64,000 nt of DNA from Diadema antillarum (GCF_040938485.1 NW_027271750.1:1-64000), one strand, 5' to 3'; numbered from the stretch's first letter, positions 1-11,912 are shown. The notes: a model not told the origin generated them from the letters alone. Made by a program: numbers and translations.

Positions 1-412
1 TTATACCAAAGAGGTACTAGGCAATACCTCCTTGGTTATACCAAGGGTACCTCCTTGGTTATACATTACATTTCCTGATTACACTGATCACAAAGTACGG
101 TAATGATCTTTCGAAGCAGCGTGCGATTTCAAAGTTACTTTGTGATGTCACAATTGCTTATTTCTCAGTGACCGTACGAAGCATTAGATTTAGTTGTGAT
201 GTCACATAGCAATTGTGTGACATCACAAATATAGATGACTGTTGTTTTGTCTTGACTGTTTTCGTTTAGTTACGTTTTTTATGCTCACAATTTTGTGAAT
301 TCTAAATCAACATCCCCCCCCCCCCCACACACGCACACGCAAAAAGCAAACACAACCTCCAGTCGTGTTCGAATGTTTGAGTTGGGATGATAAGAATGGT
401 GGGGTTTTAATT

Positions 413-523
413 AAATAGAAAGATTAAATGAGAACTTACCTGTTTGAAATTTGATCTTTATTTTACGAGGGAGTTGTAGGAAGAGAATACATTGAGAGAC
501 CCGCTTTGCGCACGCGCAGTCAT
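413..523 (-). repeat. DIRS right ITR plus right extension (rE)
   Basis: 488-523 is the exact reverse complement of 5271-5306 (36 bp). 413-493 is the exact reverse complement of 615-695 (81 bp). Confidence 0.95.
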
Positions 524-614
524 TTTTTCGAAGCATCAAATGTGGCTGCTGGATATCTGAAAGATTATGGAGAACTTAGCTTCAAGTTAGAAACTTTGGG
601 AGGGGAGAGGAGGG

Positions 615-730
615 AATGTATTCTCTTCCTACAACTCCCTCGTAAAATAAAGATCAAATTTCAAACAGGTAAGTTCTCATTTAATCTTTCTATTTTACTT
701 CTGGAGTCTCCGAAAGAGACTACATTGAGA
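615..730 (-). repeat. DIRS internal complementary region (ICR)
   Basis: 615-695 complements the element's right end and 691-730 complements the first 40 bp of the left end (5297-5336). The two halves overlap at TATTT (691-695), reproducing the circle junction. Confidence 0.95.
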
Positions 731-825
731 TTTTTGAAGCCCAGCAGCCATATTTGTAAGAAAGATAACAGAAATGACTATGAATTGTCATTTACCAAAA
801 AGGGTAAATTGTTTACCTCGTCTGG

Positions 826-1803
826 TCATTTCTTTAGTAGAGCAGTTGTGAGACACTTGCTCCCATCATCGAGCAAGGGTTTGCTGTAGAACTTTCTGAA
901 AGTCTTTTCATTCGTCCAGCCTGCCTTCTCAAGGATAAACGAAACTGGTAAGTCTGCTCTGTGTGCAGCTGACGTCGCAGCTGCTCTTGTTGAGTGAGCC
1001 TTATATTTTGAAGTGTCGATTCCTGCCGCTGTCATAACATCTTTGATCCACCTGGAGATGGTTTGTGGACGTAACTTTTGCATGGGGTCTGCGAAAACTA
1101 ATAAAGAGCCGACGCTCTTGACCTCGAATTTCCTCAGTCCTCCGTATGTAGGCTTTTGATGTAGTTGACAACGCACAATCGACGATCTGGAGGGTAGGCT
1201 CTCATGCTCAGTGTGTAGCCAGCGTTTCCCGGTCTATTTTGTTTTCAGTAACTCGCTGAAATGAAATGTAACTGATGATCCCTTGAGTATCATGTTGTCC
1301 AAATTCAGGAGCTGCAACGACTGTGCTCGCTGTGTTGAGATGAGAGCCATGAGCATGCATAGTTTTTTGGTGAGATCTCGTAGGCTCAGTGCATTTGCCG
1401 GTGACAGCTTTCTGAGATAACAAAACACAATATTTACATCCCAAGTATCTACATAGCGAGGTCTTGGGGTTCGGAGATGGAAAACTCCCTTCATAAATCT
1501 TGATATCAAAATGTTGTTCCCAACTGTAGAGGCACCATCCTCAAGAACTAGGAATGATGCGAGCGCACTTCTTGCTGTGTTGAGTGCATTGTATCCAAGA
1601 CCTCCTACATGAAAAAGCTCACTAAGAAATTCTAAAACAAACTGAACACTAGAGTGAAGATGGCTTTTCTTCTTACTCTTGCAAAAGTCTTTCCACTTCT
1701 TTATGTACACACAATATTGCTTCTGGGTAGAGGCTCTCCAAGAAGCGGCCAAAATGTCCACAATTTCCTTCTTTAGTCCTGTCCTTTCGAAGGGCTGCCG
1801 CAT
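826..1803 (-). pseudogene. DIRS tyrosine recombinase ORF, interrupted by three +1 frameshifts (decay or assembly error)
   Basis: Catalytic-type motifs STQRAQSL, KT(N)RPG, HSTRAA, AGW and FRKFY. Track ORFs 1234-1812 and 826-1176 are in the same frame; the conserved intervening peptide is split over the other two frames. Confidence 0.88.
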
Positions 1804-3884
1804 AACCTGCAACAGAGAAGATCAATTCGATCATACAAGGGATGTGGTTCATGCGTTACAGGTTGCGTTAATAGGTTCCTACTCCTTGTAATTAGCACTG
1901 CTTCACCCTTTAACATCCTTTTCAGCTTAGGAAACCATGCCTGTGTGGGCCAATTTGGCACTACCATTATGCCTTCAGCTCTATCTGTCCTAATTTTTTG
2001 AAGACATCTTGGGATGAGACAGAATGGGGGAAAGGCATAGAATTTGAATTCTCCCCAATCCAACGTAAATGCATCTACGGCTTCTGCATTTGGATCTGGC
2101 AACCAAGTGACATATCTCTCAAGTTGGTTGTTTAGTCTGGACGCAAAGAGATCAATGTCTGGAAGCCCAAAAACTGAAACTAGTTTGTTAAAGGCTTGCT
2201 TGTTAAGCATCCATTCATTTCGGTCACTGAACTTTCTAGACCTGCTGTCTGCCTCAGTGTTCTCACTCCCTGGAAGGTGTGCTGCAGTAACCCAAATATT
2301 ACGTTCCATGCACCACCTCCAGATGTCTCTAGCTGCACTGTCACAGTCCTTGGACTTAATACCCCCCATGTTATTCAAATAAGCAACTGCTGTTGTGTTG
2401 TCTGACCTAAGGAGGACATGAACATCATGTAAAGAAGAGCAAAAGGACTTCAGTCCAAACCCGGCTGCCAATGTTTCCAGGTAATTGATATCATTCTTTC
2501 TAGCTCTTTCCATTTCAAGATCGTTCCATCTGCCTCCCGTTTCAATGGACAGATTTGTGGCTCCCCAACCAAGCCCACTAGCGTCTGTACGCAGCTCAAG
2601 TGTAGGTCTGTTACGCTTAATTGGTGCACACTCCTCAAAGACATGATTAAACCACCATTTGAGCTCTTCTTTCCCTTCTAATGACAGCTTCATAGGTCTG
2701 TCAAAATGGCCTTTGTTAGCTTTAAGGGCGGCAATTTTGTCACGTTCTAGGCATCTGTAGAAAAGAGGGCCATGTTGGACTCCAGGGAAAGTAGCTATTA
2801 TCTTCCCGATAACATGTGACACCTGCCTGATTGTGGGTCTAGTATTGTCAAGCAAGTCTGAACAGACTGTGATAATGTCCTGCATTTTCTCTTCTGGCAG
2901 GGAGATAGTCATATCACCAGTGTGCAGCTTAAACCCTAGGAAAGTGAGCTCTTGTTGGGGTTCTAGCATAGATTTCTCCTCGTGGACTACGAAACCTAGT
3001 TCAGACAGGAGATTTGTGGTTGCACGTACAGCCTCCTTTGCTTGTTCTACTGACTCACCGATAATGAGAGTATCATCAAGGTAGCCTAGTACTATGTGCC
3101 CCATTTCTCTCAGTGTAGCGAAAACAGGTTTCATGAGCTTGGTGAAAAGTCTGGGCGCTGTGCTGAGCCCATTTGGTAGGACTTTGAACCTGTAAAATTT
3201 CCCTTGCCATGGAAATTTCAAGAATTTTCTGTGTTCAGTGTCAATTGGGATGGAGTAGTAAGCATCTCGGAGGTCGACTGAGGCTAGGAAATCTCCTGGG
3301 GAGATTAAAAGGGCAGCTGTATGAATGTTATCCATTTTGAAGTGTTGTACGCTCACACACTTGTTCAAATCTGTCAAATCAAGTATTAGTCGTACACCCC
3401 CATTTTTCTTGGGTCGTGTGAAAATGTTTGAGAGAAATTCTCCTTCTTCATGACCACATTCTTCGATAACATTCTTAGTCAGTAAGCTTGCGATCTCTCT
3501 GTCAATACAAGCTGAATTGTGCTGGTTTGGTTTGTATTGAATGAAGGGCTTATCCCTCCTAGGGGGCATACATGCTTCTCCAAATTCAATTTTGTAACCC
3601 CTGATTGCTGCCAAAATAAATGGATCAGCTGTGATTTGGCACCATCGCCTGTAAAAAAGCCTCACTCGACCTCCGACTGCCACTGGAGCTTTCTTTGGAA
3701 TACATTGCACACACGTACAAATACATTGGGGAAAGCAGGTATGATGATGATGTGAATCGAAACTACCTACCTCTTTGGGTATGCTGGTAGTTATTTCTTG
3801 CGCTGCATTGGAGGCCTGTGCTGTGGAGCCTGTTGTGGGGGGCGGCTCGCTGTGCGGGGTGGTGGCTGCTTGCTGTGACCCCAC
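1773..3884 (-). CDS. DIRS pol: reverse transcriptase, RNase H and DAM-like adenine methyltransferase domain (703 aa)
   Basis: RT motifs VDLRDAYYSIP, LPNGLSTAPRLFTK and YLDD. RNase H motifs TDASGLGWG, INYLE and SDNTTAVAYLN. C-terminal DLFASRLN...AVDAF...YAFPPF. Uninterrupted ORF. Confidence 0.94.
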   Translation of the reverse strand: MGSQQAATTPHSEPPPTTGSTAQASNAAQEITTSIPKEVGSFDSHHHHTCFPQCICTCVQCIPKKAPVAVGGRVRLFYRRWCQITADPFILAAIRGYKIEFGEACMPPRRDKPFIQYKPNQHNSACIDREIASLLTKNVIEECGHEEGEFLSNIFTRPKKNGGVRLILDLTDLNKCVSVQHFKMDNIHTAALLISPGDFLASVDLRDAYYSIPIDTEHRKFLKFPWQGKFYRFKVLPNGLSTAPRLFTKLMKPVFATLREMGHIVLGYLDDTLIIGESVEQAKEAVRATTNLLSELGFVVHEEKSMLEPQQELTFLGFKLHTGDMTISLPEEKMQDIITVCSDLLDNTRPTIRQVSHVIGKIIATFPGVQHGPLFYRCLERDKIAALKANKGHFDRPMKLSLEGKEELKWWFNHVFEECAPIKRNRPTLELRTDASGLGWGATNLSIETGGRWNDLEMERARKNDINYLETLAAGFGLKSFCSSLHDVHVLLRSDNTTAVAYLNNMGGIKSKDCDSAARDIWRWCMERNIWVTAAHLPGSENTEADSRSRKFSDRNEWMLNKQAFNKLVSVFGLPDIDLFASRLNNQLERYVTWLPDPNAEAVDAFTLDWGEFKFYAFPPFCLIPRCLQKIRTDRAEGIMVVPNWPTQAWFPKLKRMLKGEAVLITRSRNLLTQPVTHEPHPLYDRIDLLCCRLCGSPSKGQD

Positions 3885-5041
3885 TGTGGGCGCTGACCTA
3901 AAAAAGGCCTGCTACTACCGCCGGCTGTTGGTCTGTGTGTTGAGGCAGCTGAACTTGCAGTCCAGCCAGCACTTCTGTATTGTCGCTTGGAGAAAGCAGC
4001 TCCCCTGTACGGGTGGTACGTGCTAGACTGTGGCCGCGAAATTGGGTTTCTCATCACTCCTGATGCAGCTTTCTGCTCCTCTTTGAGATCTTTCATTCTC
4101 TTTCCCAATTCATCTCCGAATAGGAATTTAGTGACGGGAGTGGAAGGTTTGCAAAGATGAGAGTAAGTGGCTGCCATGTCCGGCTTGATAAGCTCTTTCC
4201 TCAACGAATTGAGTTCAAAATTGGCATTGCACAGCAACGCCAATGCGTCCTGCTGTGTGTCAGTCAGCCGAGGTGATGGGAAGGACTGTATTAGCGCGCT
4301 CAGGCCCTTCGTCAGCGACTTCTGCACACGCTGTAACTTGGCATCTCTACTGCGTGTGTGTTGCGGTAGGTTATCCCAGATCGGGCCGTTCACCTTCGGT
4401 GTAGCGAGGTAAACACAGTTGCTTGGGGCTGGATACTTAGATGCCGTCTCTTCCAACACTTTTTCTTCTAGCGGGTGGCTTATGAGGTAAGTAGTAGAGC
4501 TGGCTAAGTCCTCGTCTACCGGTAGTCCTGTATCACCCGGCTTGGCAAATTTTGCTGCGAGAACGGGAATTTCTTGCACGTCTGCCGCGTCTGACGCAAA
4601 ATCGCCTTCTTCTCTGTTGGCTTCGCCCGTGTCACGCACGTGCGGCTCCCCGCACTGTTGAAAATCAGTTTCCATAGGAATTTCACACTGTCCGGCGCTG
4701 TGCGCCTCATCGTACGCCACAAAATGGCGCGATGCCGGTTTCGGCGGCGTGGAGTTTACACTGGGCAGCGCGTCGACCACTTTACTCAGAAGACTTTCCA
4801 GTCTCGATAGTCTGTCCTCGACATCCGAGGATTTTTCGGCCGTCTTTGGGCCCTGCTTCGCTTGCGGCACTTTACCCGCCATGTTAGTACCGGAAACCGT
4901 GTCCGACTTAACTAGTTTCTTTTTTGGCTTGACTTTTTTGTCTGTCGGAGGGGAACGTTCTTCGCAAACAACGTTGATGCTTCCCACTGCGCCGGGCTTA
5001 GCCGGATGATGCAGCTGTTCTTTGAGCTGTTGTGCCTCCAT
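3791..5041 (-). CDS. DIRS gag-like ORF1 (416 aa from first ATG)
   Basis: Long open frame directly 5' of pol and overlapping it. Typical DIRS ORF1 segments (PKVNGPIW, RSRDAKLQRVQ, FLFGDEL) and a Q/P/R-rich C-terminus. The track start at 5302 is a TTG inside the ITR; the first ATG is 5041. Confidence 0.85.
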   Translation of the reverse strand: MEAQQLKEQLHHPAKPGAVGSINVVCEERSPPTDKKVKPKKKLVKSDTVSGTNMAGKVPQAKQGPKTAEKSSDVEDRLSRLESLLSKVVDALPSVNSTPPKPASRHFVAYDEAHSAGQCEIPMETDFQQCGEPHVRDTGEANREEGDFASDAADVQEIPVLAAKFAKPGDTGLPVDEDLASSTTYLISHPLEEKVLEETASKYPAPSNCVYLATPKVNGPIWDNLPQHTRSRDAKLQRVQKSLTKGLSALIQSFPSPRLTDTQQDALALLCNANFELNSLRKELIKPDMAATYSHLCKPSTPVTKFLFGDELGKRMKDLKEEQKAASGVMRNPISRPQSSTYHPYRGAAFSKRQYRSAGWTASSAASTHRPTAGGSSRPFLGQRPQWGHSKQPPPRTASRPPQQAPQHRPPMQRKK

Positions 5042-5270
5042 CACCGTAGCCACCGCGTGACTTTCGTGGAATGAGGCCGCTAGAAAAGGTTGTGCTTGCC
5101 GCCTTGCTAAGCACCGAATATTCGTTGTACGATATAGGAAGATTGCGGAATCTAATTCCACTAACTGCTGGTTTCTAGAACCGTTAGTACCGCGAAAATG
5201 CGATAAAAGATCAGAATTTTCGACTGCGATAAGGGAACTACGTTCGAATACTCGTGCGTAGAAAAGCGAT

Positions 5271-5336
5271 ATGACTGCGCGTGCGCAAAGCGGGTCTCTC
5301 AATGTAGTCTCTTTCGGAGACTCCAGAAGTAAAATA
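5271..5336 (-). repeat. DIRS left ITR
   Basis: Outer 40 bp match the ICR and inner 36 bp match the right ITR, both exactly. Confidence 0.95.
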
Positions 5337-5431
5337 ATATTTAAATCAGTAGCTATATAGCCTAGATGTCCACCAAGTTCTGATTAAATGTTTAAAATTC
5401 TAAATGAAAAAATGAGTCATATCCTTCAGAT

Positions 5432-5466
5432 TCTTTCTTGAATATATGGTGGCTCTAAAAAGAGCC
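5432..5466 (-). terminator. Histone H4 3' stem-loop and U7-binding downstream element
   Basis: Minus strand reads GGCTCTTTTTAGAGCC-ACCA (stem-loop 5451-5466), then CAAGAAAGA (5432-5440), the sea-urchin-type HDE. Confidence 0.95.
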
Positions 5467-5504
5467 GGTGAATATGGTGTGTCTGTTTACAGACAGTTGG
5501 CTGT

Positions 5505-5873
<369 letters not shown>

Positions 5874-6465
5874 TTAAATAGAGCTTATACGGACCTGAAG
5901 GGAAGGCCACTTTTGTTCGCGACTGTTCGTACGATCGTCAATAGAGGACGCGTACATCGCGGGAAGTGTCCATTTTGCCGCCAGTTTACCCATCATGAAT
6001 AATGCAATAGCTCGTTGATTACGCCGCTTTTCGGAGATCCGTGAATGTTTCAAGATATACTTGCAATGATATGAATTTTGGCAAATTGCTATGAAGTTAA
6101 TGCAACCACATATACGTCATAAGCATAAACAATCACCTACTTTTCTCTAAAATCTGTCACAAGAAGTGTTCAAATAAAATTGGGGGTCGTGTCGAGTGTC
6201 CGCTGGGCAGTCAGGGCTATGCATATTCATTACTACAACTGCGGAGCGTAAACGTGGAGCTCACAGTTTGGTGCTATTGCTTTGCTAACCAGCTTGCTTT
6301 TTAACAAGTTATATTGTACATACAATTTTTTGAGTATATATGTTTTGCAAGCACTTAATGTTTATGTTTAAAATCCATCAGACATGCAGAAGCAAACGAA
6401 ATATGTGCCGCTGCTCGTAACTGTCGGATTGCGAATACTTATGCATAAACATATAAGGATATTAA

Positions 6466-6999
<534 letters not shown>

Positions 7000-7027
7000 A
7001 TTGTTTGGCTCCAATCCAAACCCTAAA

Positions 7028-7062
7028 GGCTCTTTTCAGAGCCCCAAATCTATCCAGAAAGA
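7028..7062 (+). terminator. Histone H3 3' stem-loop and downstream element
   Basis: GGCTCTTTTCAGAGCC at 7028-7043 and CCAGAAAGA at 7054-7062. Confidence 0.95.
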
Positions 7063-7489
7063 ATTCTGAGAATACTCTATATTGATGTTTGAACTCGGGT
7101 TTATTTACTATCTCGAGTACGTATAAAGAGAGAGAGAAAGAGAGAGAGTGGGGAGGGGGAGACGGGGACAGGCGCTGTCAGAGCTCTCTACACGGGAAGA
7201 TGGTTGGATTGCAATAATTACATAGGGCTACCCAGGCAATGCTTTAGTGTCCTGTGCCTCTAAAGTTATGGAAAGAGTTCTTCAAAAGCAATTACATGTA
7301 GGGCCTACATGCATTACTCGATTATGTAAGATTGCACTCCAGCTTACAGCTTAGCCGAAACAAGTCAGGGTTCCGTCCCAAGCACAGGCACTCCACTGCA
7401 CTTGCTACGGCAACTGTCGACTGGCACGTCCGCTCGCACTTTTTTTTTTCGTTTTGCGAAAAAGGCGCCGACCGCTGTACTGAGAAAGG

Positions 7490-9130
7490 TGCCAGTGAGA
7501 TACGTTGGCGCCATTTTTTGTCGATTTGCAAAGAGCCTTCGACATGCATGGTTGATCACCTTATCTTTTTTTCCAAACTTGAAAAGATGGGTGTCACTGG
7601 TGCAGAGTTGTATCTCTCAAACCGGAGAATAAGGACTTTAATCGACCAGAACTGTACACTTGCAAGATATTCAGAAACCACTCTATGAGATGTCAAAGAG
7701 CATGCAATTCATAAGGGGTATCAAAACTTTATTTGATGAAAAGCGGTTTTGCTATGGCTGAGATATCCCAAAATAAGGTGAAACAAAGAGATTCTAATAA
7801 AAGGCGTGGCCTGTCGCCTATCATTGTCATCACTTTTTTGGATATCTCAGCCAATTGAAAATTAATTTTCATCAAACAAACGTTGAATCATTTCATATTT
7901 CATAAGAGGTGTCTCATTATCTCACTTAGGAATGTTCAAAACATGAATCCCCACCTCAACCAGTACGTACCCATACTCTCGGAAGAAAGATCACTAACAA
8001 GAGAAGCGTCACAAGGATCGTAGCTAGGACCGTAGTTGTTTAGTGTATTTGTTAATGATATCAATTCGGGGTTTTGTCTTTTTCTGACCGCAGGACCCAT
8101 TTATACGCCGATGACACGGTCGTTTAATACTCACGTAAAATCCGAAAGTTGTGGAAAATGTTTTGCAAAGAGTTCATTAGTATGGAAACATGGATGGCTG
8201 ACGACAATTTAAAAATTAATTTTGATAAAACTGTATGTTATTTGGTACAAATAATATGCTAAGAAGGCAACAGCATTTGAATGTTATATTTAGGGGAAAG
8301 CAATTACACTGTATTTCAGTTGAAAAGTTTTAACTATCTGGGAATTATTGCAGATGATAAGTAACCGTGATGTTCAGATCGAACAGCTATGTAACAAGTT
8401 AAGTAAAATGATTGGTAACATGGGCCGCTTAAGATAATTTGTTAATATGACTGAATTGATAATATTCTTTGTGTTACCTCATTTTGATTACGGCGATGTA
8501 GTATATGGCAGTCCGTCAACCGTAACTATCTTTCTCAACTCCAGAAGATGTAAAATAGAGCCGGGAGATCGATTTTAAAAGTTAACTGTTATTCTCATAT
8601 TACTACCAGTGATGTTCATTGTAGTTTGGGGTGGAATACAGTAACTAAAAGAAAAAAAAAAATCATCTGCTGTTATTCATGTATAAGATTATAAATGACA
8701 TGGCCCCGAATATATGAGAGAAATGTTTAAGTACATATACAAGACATCACCATACTCTCTCCGTAATCAAAACGATCTACAGTCACTATAGCCTCAAACA
8801 AGAGATCATTCTCATACAGAGCTGCAGCAGCTTATAATAACATACCTGATGATTTAGGTCAACTTTCCTCCTTTCCCGTTTTTAAGTTCTAAATCCCTTC
8901 CACCTGATTTTTATGCTCCAAACCTATGAACAATTATGTAATATATGGTACATTTTTATGTAATCACAATGTTGTAATAACACTGTACCGTTCTATGTGT
9001 GATTGTGTTACAAGTATATTCTTATTCTATTATCAGCCCCTGATTCCGTGAAATTCTTATAAACAGGGCCCGCGTTGAAGACCAGAAGTGACAATCATTG
9101 TCACTACTGGTAATGGGCTACTTTCCGTAT
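7490..9130 (+). mobile_element. Degraded non-LTR retrotransposon (CR1/L2-like) RT and 3' end
   Basis: Broken-frame RT motifs: DLQRAFD..VDHLIFFSKLEKMGV (~7520-7600), LYADDTVV (8101-8124), WMADDNLKINFDKT, YLGII and LPHFDYGDVVY. A terminal stem-loop sits at 9082-9110. Many stops and frameshifts; boundaries approximate. Confidence 0.75.
7685..7917. mobile_element. Palindromic MITE-like repeat nested in the LINE remnant
   Basis: Mirror pairs GGCTGAGATATCC (7756-7768)/GGATATCTCAGCC (7840-7852), TTTGATGAAAA/TTTTCATCAAA and ATGAGA/TCTCAT. Confidence 0.55.
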
Positions 9131-11210
9131 GTTTTTTTTTTCTTGACCTTTATCTAAAACATTCTTCTAACTGTATGGAATATGTTGATTTTTATTTTGC
9201 GCAAATAAAACAAACAAACACGATACTAATATAAACTGTATACAAATTGAGAAACTCATATAGATCGATCTGCTTTGCCTTGAATGTTTGTGGCAGAGGT
9301 GACTCCAAAATATCATTTTTATTTTTTTTTTTTATTGAGGCATCGATCGAGGCACTCAAAGTCGAACGTGGGAAGAGTACTCTTGCTTTACATTTGGGAT
9401 AAATAAAAAAGGGGGAAAATCGTCCATGGAGGCAAATACTTGTACTGTAGTGGTGGGTGTGCCAGTGTTGCGTAAGGAGTAGTGAGTGATCGTAGCGTTC
9501 GAAAATAACGCGCGATGTAAAATGCTTTATGATGTCATAATTGCTGTTCACGTACATGTAATAAAGTTGCATTCCACAGAGTGAACGCATGTCAGAATGG
9601 CTTTTATATGTCACGATAGCTTTTAATTGAATACTTCAAGGACTCAACTGTATTTATGGTCCTATTAGCTCTGTTAGAGTAAGGGGTAGGTAATCTAGAA
9701 TTAGGGGCATACATGTACTACGCTACGGCCGCTAAAATAAACCATTGGCATTACTTATACATTTTAACGGACATGACCAACAGCCCCCCCCCCCCCTTGA
9801 AAAACAAAACAAAACAAAACAAAAACGCTCCGCGTCCCTTGTTCACGATAAAATCCTTATAGCCATCTGAAGAAAAAGATAATGTCCCGCCTGGTCGAAG
9901 ACACGAATGAATACGCAAACTCGCATAACCACTGATAACGAAAGATAATGCCACTTCAAAGCTTCAGTACATACAACTAGAGGTGGTTATCAAGGAGGTA
10001 CAATTGTATTATACCTCCTTGGTCTTATGGTACACCACGGTGTACATACCTAAGTAAACATTTTTGTCAATGCAGTGTGCGGATCGCGCGAACGGTGAAC
10101 AACCGTAGTACACTTAGTAAATACGTGTACAGTGTACAGTTGTATAAGGACGACCCCTTTACAGGAGTTGTGTGCCGACGCTCTGACCAAGTGAAGGAGT
10201 TTCAGGAATCTACAATTAGCAGGTAATGTAAGCATCCGAGTATATCCGCACTACAGGTTAATGATCTATTGTTTGGTTTTAAATGTCAGCTCAATTCACG
10301 ACACCAGCTCCACTCATGAATAGAAACTGGCAACAGAAGGATTTAGATTCCAGACCAGAGGTACTTAATACTGTATTTAGTCAATGTAAAAAAAAAGGGG
10401 GGGCTGGAATACAGTGTATGTTTTCAATTTATAAGGCAGCTTCTCATATTTCTAGACTGACAGTAGTACTGTAGTTTTATAACAACCATACCGAGTTTGT
10501 GACCCTCAACAGCTCAATGTACAGACGGTTACCAAGGTGGTACTAGGCAAGCTTGCCTAGTCCTTGCGATTACGTATCTCCACACTGCGGCATCTCAACA
10601 GTGTGCGATCTTTACCAAGTTTACAGCGTGCCGTGCGAATTGTCGCTACCCTGAACTCGTTCATAGCAGGCGAGTCTGTACGGATACGAGTATGGCCCCA
10701 TTTATACTACACAATAGGCCTACTAAATAATAGGGCGAGCCTGTACACGTACATTGGTTGTGCACTTCCCTCCTCTACTACTAACAGTACCCTTCCCCTT
10801 CATTTCCCCAACATAGTGTTGGGAAGGGCCCGGGAAAACGAAATCATATACAGTATTGGTGTATTATACATTGTAGCACAAAATTGGAAGCTAGCTGTCA
10901 TCTGTCCCGTGGTTCCTTTTTCCGACAGTTGCGATCTTACAAATTTAATTTGTAGAAGAAGAATTTTCACACCTCAAGCTTCACCCTCTGCTTATACCAA
11001 TTGTTTTCAACTGCACATAATAACATGTTTTCTTGATTTTCTTGAAGAGAGTTATTACCTCCTGCGCATATATAGTTTTTAGATTTTTTTTTTTCAAAGT
11101 GTCATCTTGTTTTATCCAGGCTGACTGTCGGCGGTGATGATCAAAGTGGGAAAGTTTGTTTTAAATGCTGTTATGACACCTTTGACAGAAACATGCAGGT
11201 GCACGATCAG

Positions 11211-11912
11211 TATAGGTTTTCCCTGTCAATTTCATACTTTTGTCATTCAAGTTCCTATTCCGAGTATTCAATTTTATGCATTCCACGCTCGCAGCACTGC
11301 GAATCAGCAATCAAATTCAAAATCCATGCAGTCGTTAAAATTCACTATCGGAGCATTCAAATTCACTATGGGAGAATTCAGCTTTGAGAAAGGAGCACGC
11401 ATTTCAGCAATGAACATTGAAATTCATGTCAAGCTGTTGACGAATTCTCGTCGGTCATTCAAATTCGTGAATAGGCAACCATGTTCCAATTAACTGCATT
11501 CAATTTAGAATCTATAATATGTCTGTATATTCCTTCTCGTCAAGCCCGAGCTCAAATTTTAGAATGAACAGGTGGACCTATACTGCAAAATAAATAATCT
11601 CCATCATAAATACCAATACATTCAATGCTAAATGAAAAAGACACACATACACGGCTCCAAATTGACTAAATTCAGGACCTCTTTTTATATTGAATGCCGT
11701 TATTTGAAACATGGTTGCCTATTCACGAATTTGAATGCTCATTGCTGAATAATGAATGCTCCTCTTTTTTGAATTTGAATGCTATATAGTGAATTCGAAT
11801 GACCGGATTTTTTATTTGATTGCTGATTCAGTAAACGTGGAATGCGTGAAATTGAATGCTCAGAATAGGAACTTGAATGACAAAAGTATGAAATTAACCG
11901 GGAAAACCTATA
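11211..11912. mobile_element. Foldback/MITE-like element with long imperfect inverted arms
   Basis: 11211-11485 is an imperfect reverse complement of 11708-11912. The inner 30 bp are perfect (11456-11485 vs 11708-11737) around a ~220 bp spacer. Confidence 0.75.

Larger units (their letters stand above)
413..5336 (-). mobile_element. DIRS1-type tyrosine-recombinase retrotransposon, full length (4924 bp)
   Basis: Overlapping gag, RT-RNaseH-methyltransferase and YR ORFs on the minus strand. Left ITR 5271-5336, right ITR 488-523, right extension 413-493, internal complementary region 615-730. Both ends share TATTT (top strand AAATA at 413-417 and 5332-5336). Confidence 0.96.

Noticed and set aside
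506-889. 127-aa plus-strand ORF
   Set aside because: Lies antisense across the DIRS ICR and YR end; no recognisable motif.
5042-5302. N-terminal extension of gag in the ORF track
   Set aside because: Starts at a TTG within the ITR; the first ATG is 5041.
10564-11082. 172-aa ORF
   Set aside because: Alternative start, no domain, no splice or composition support.
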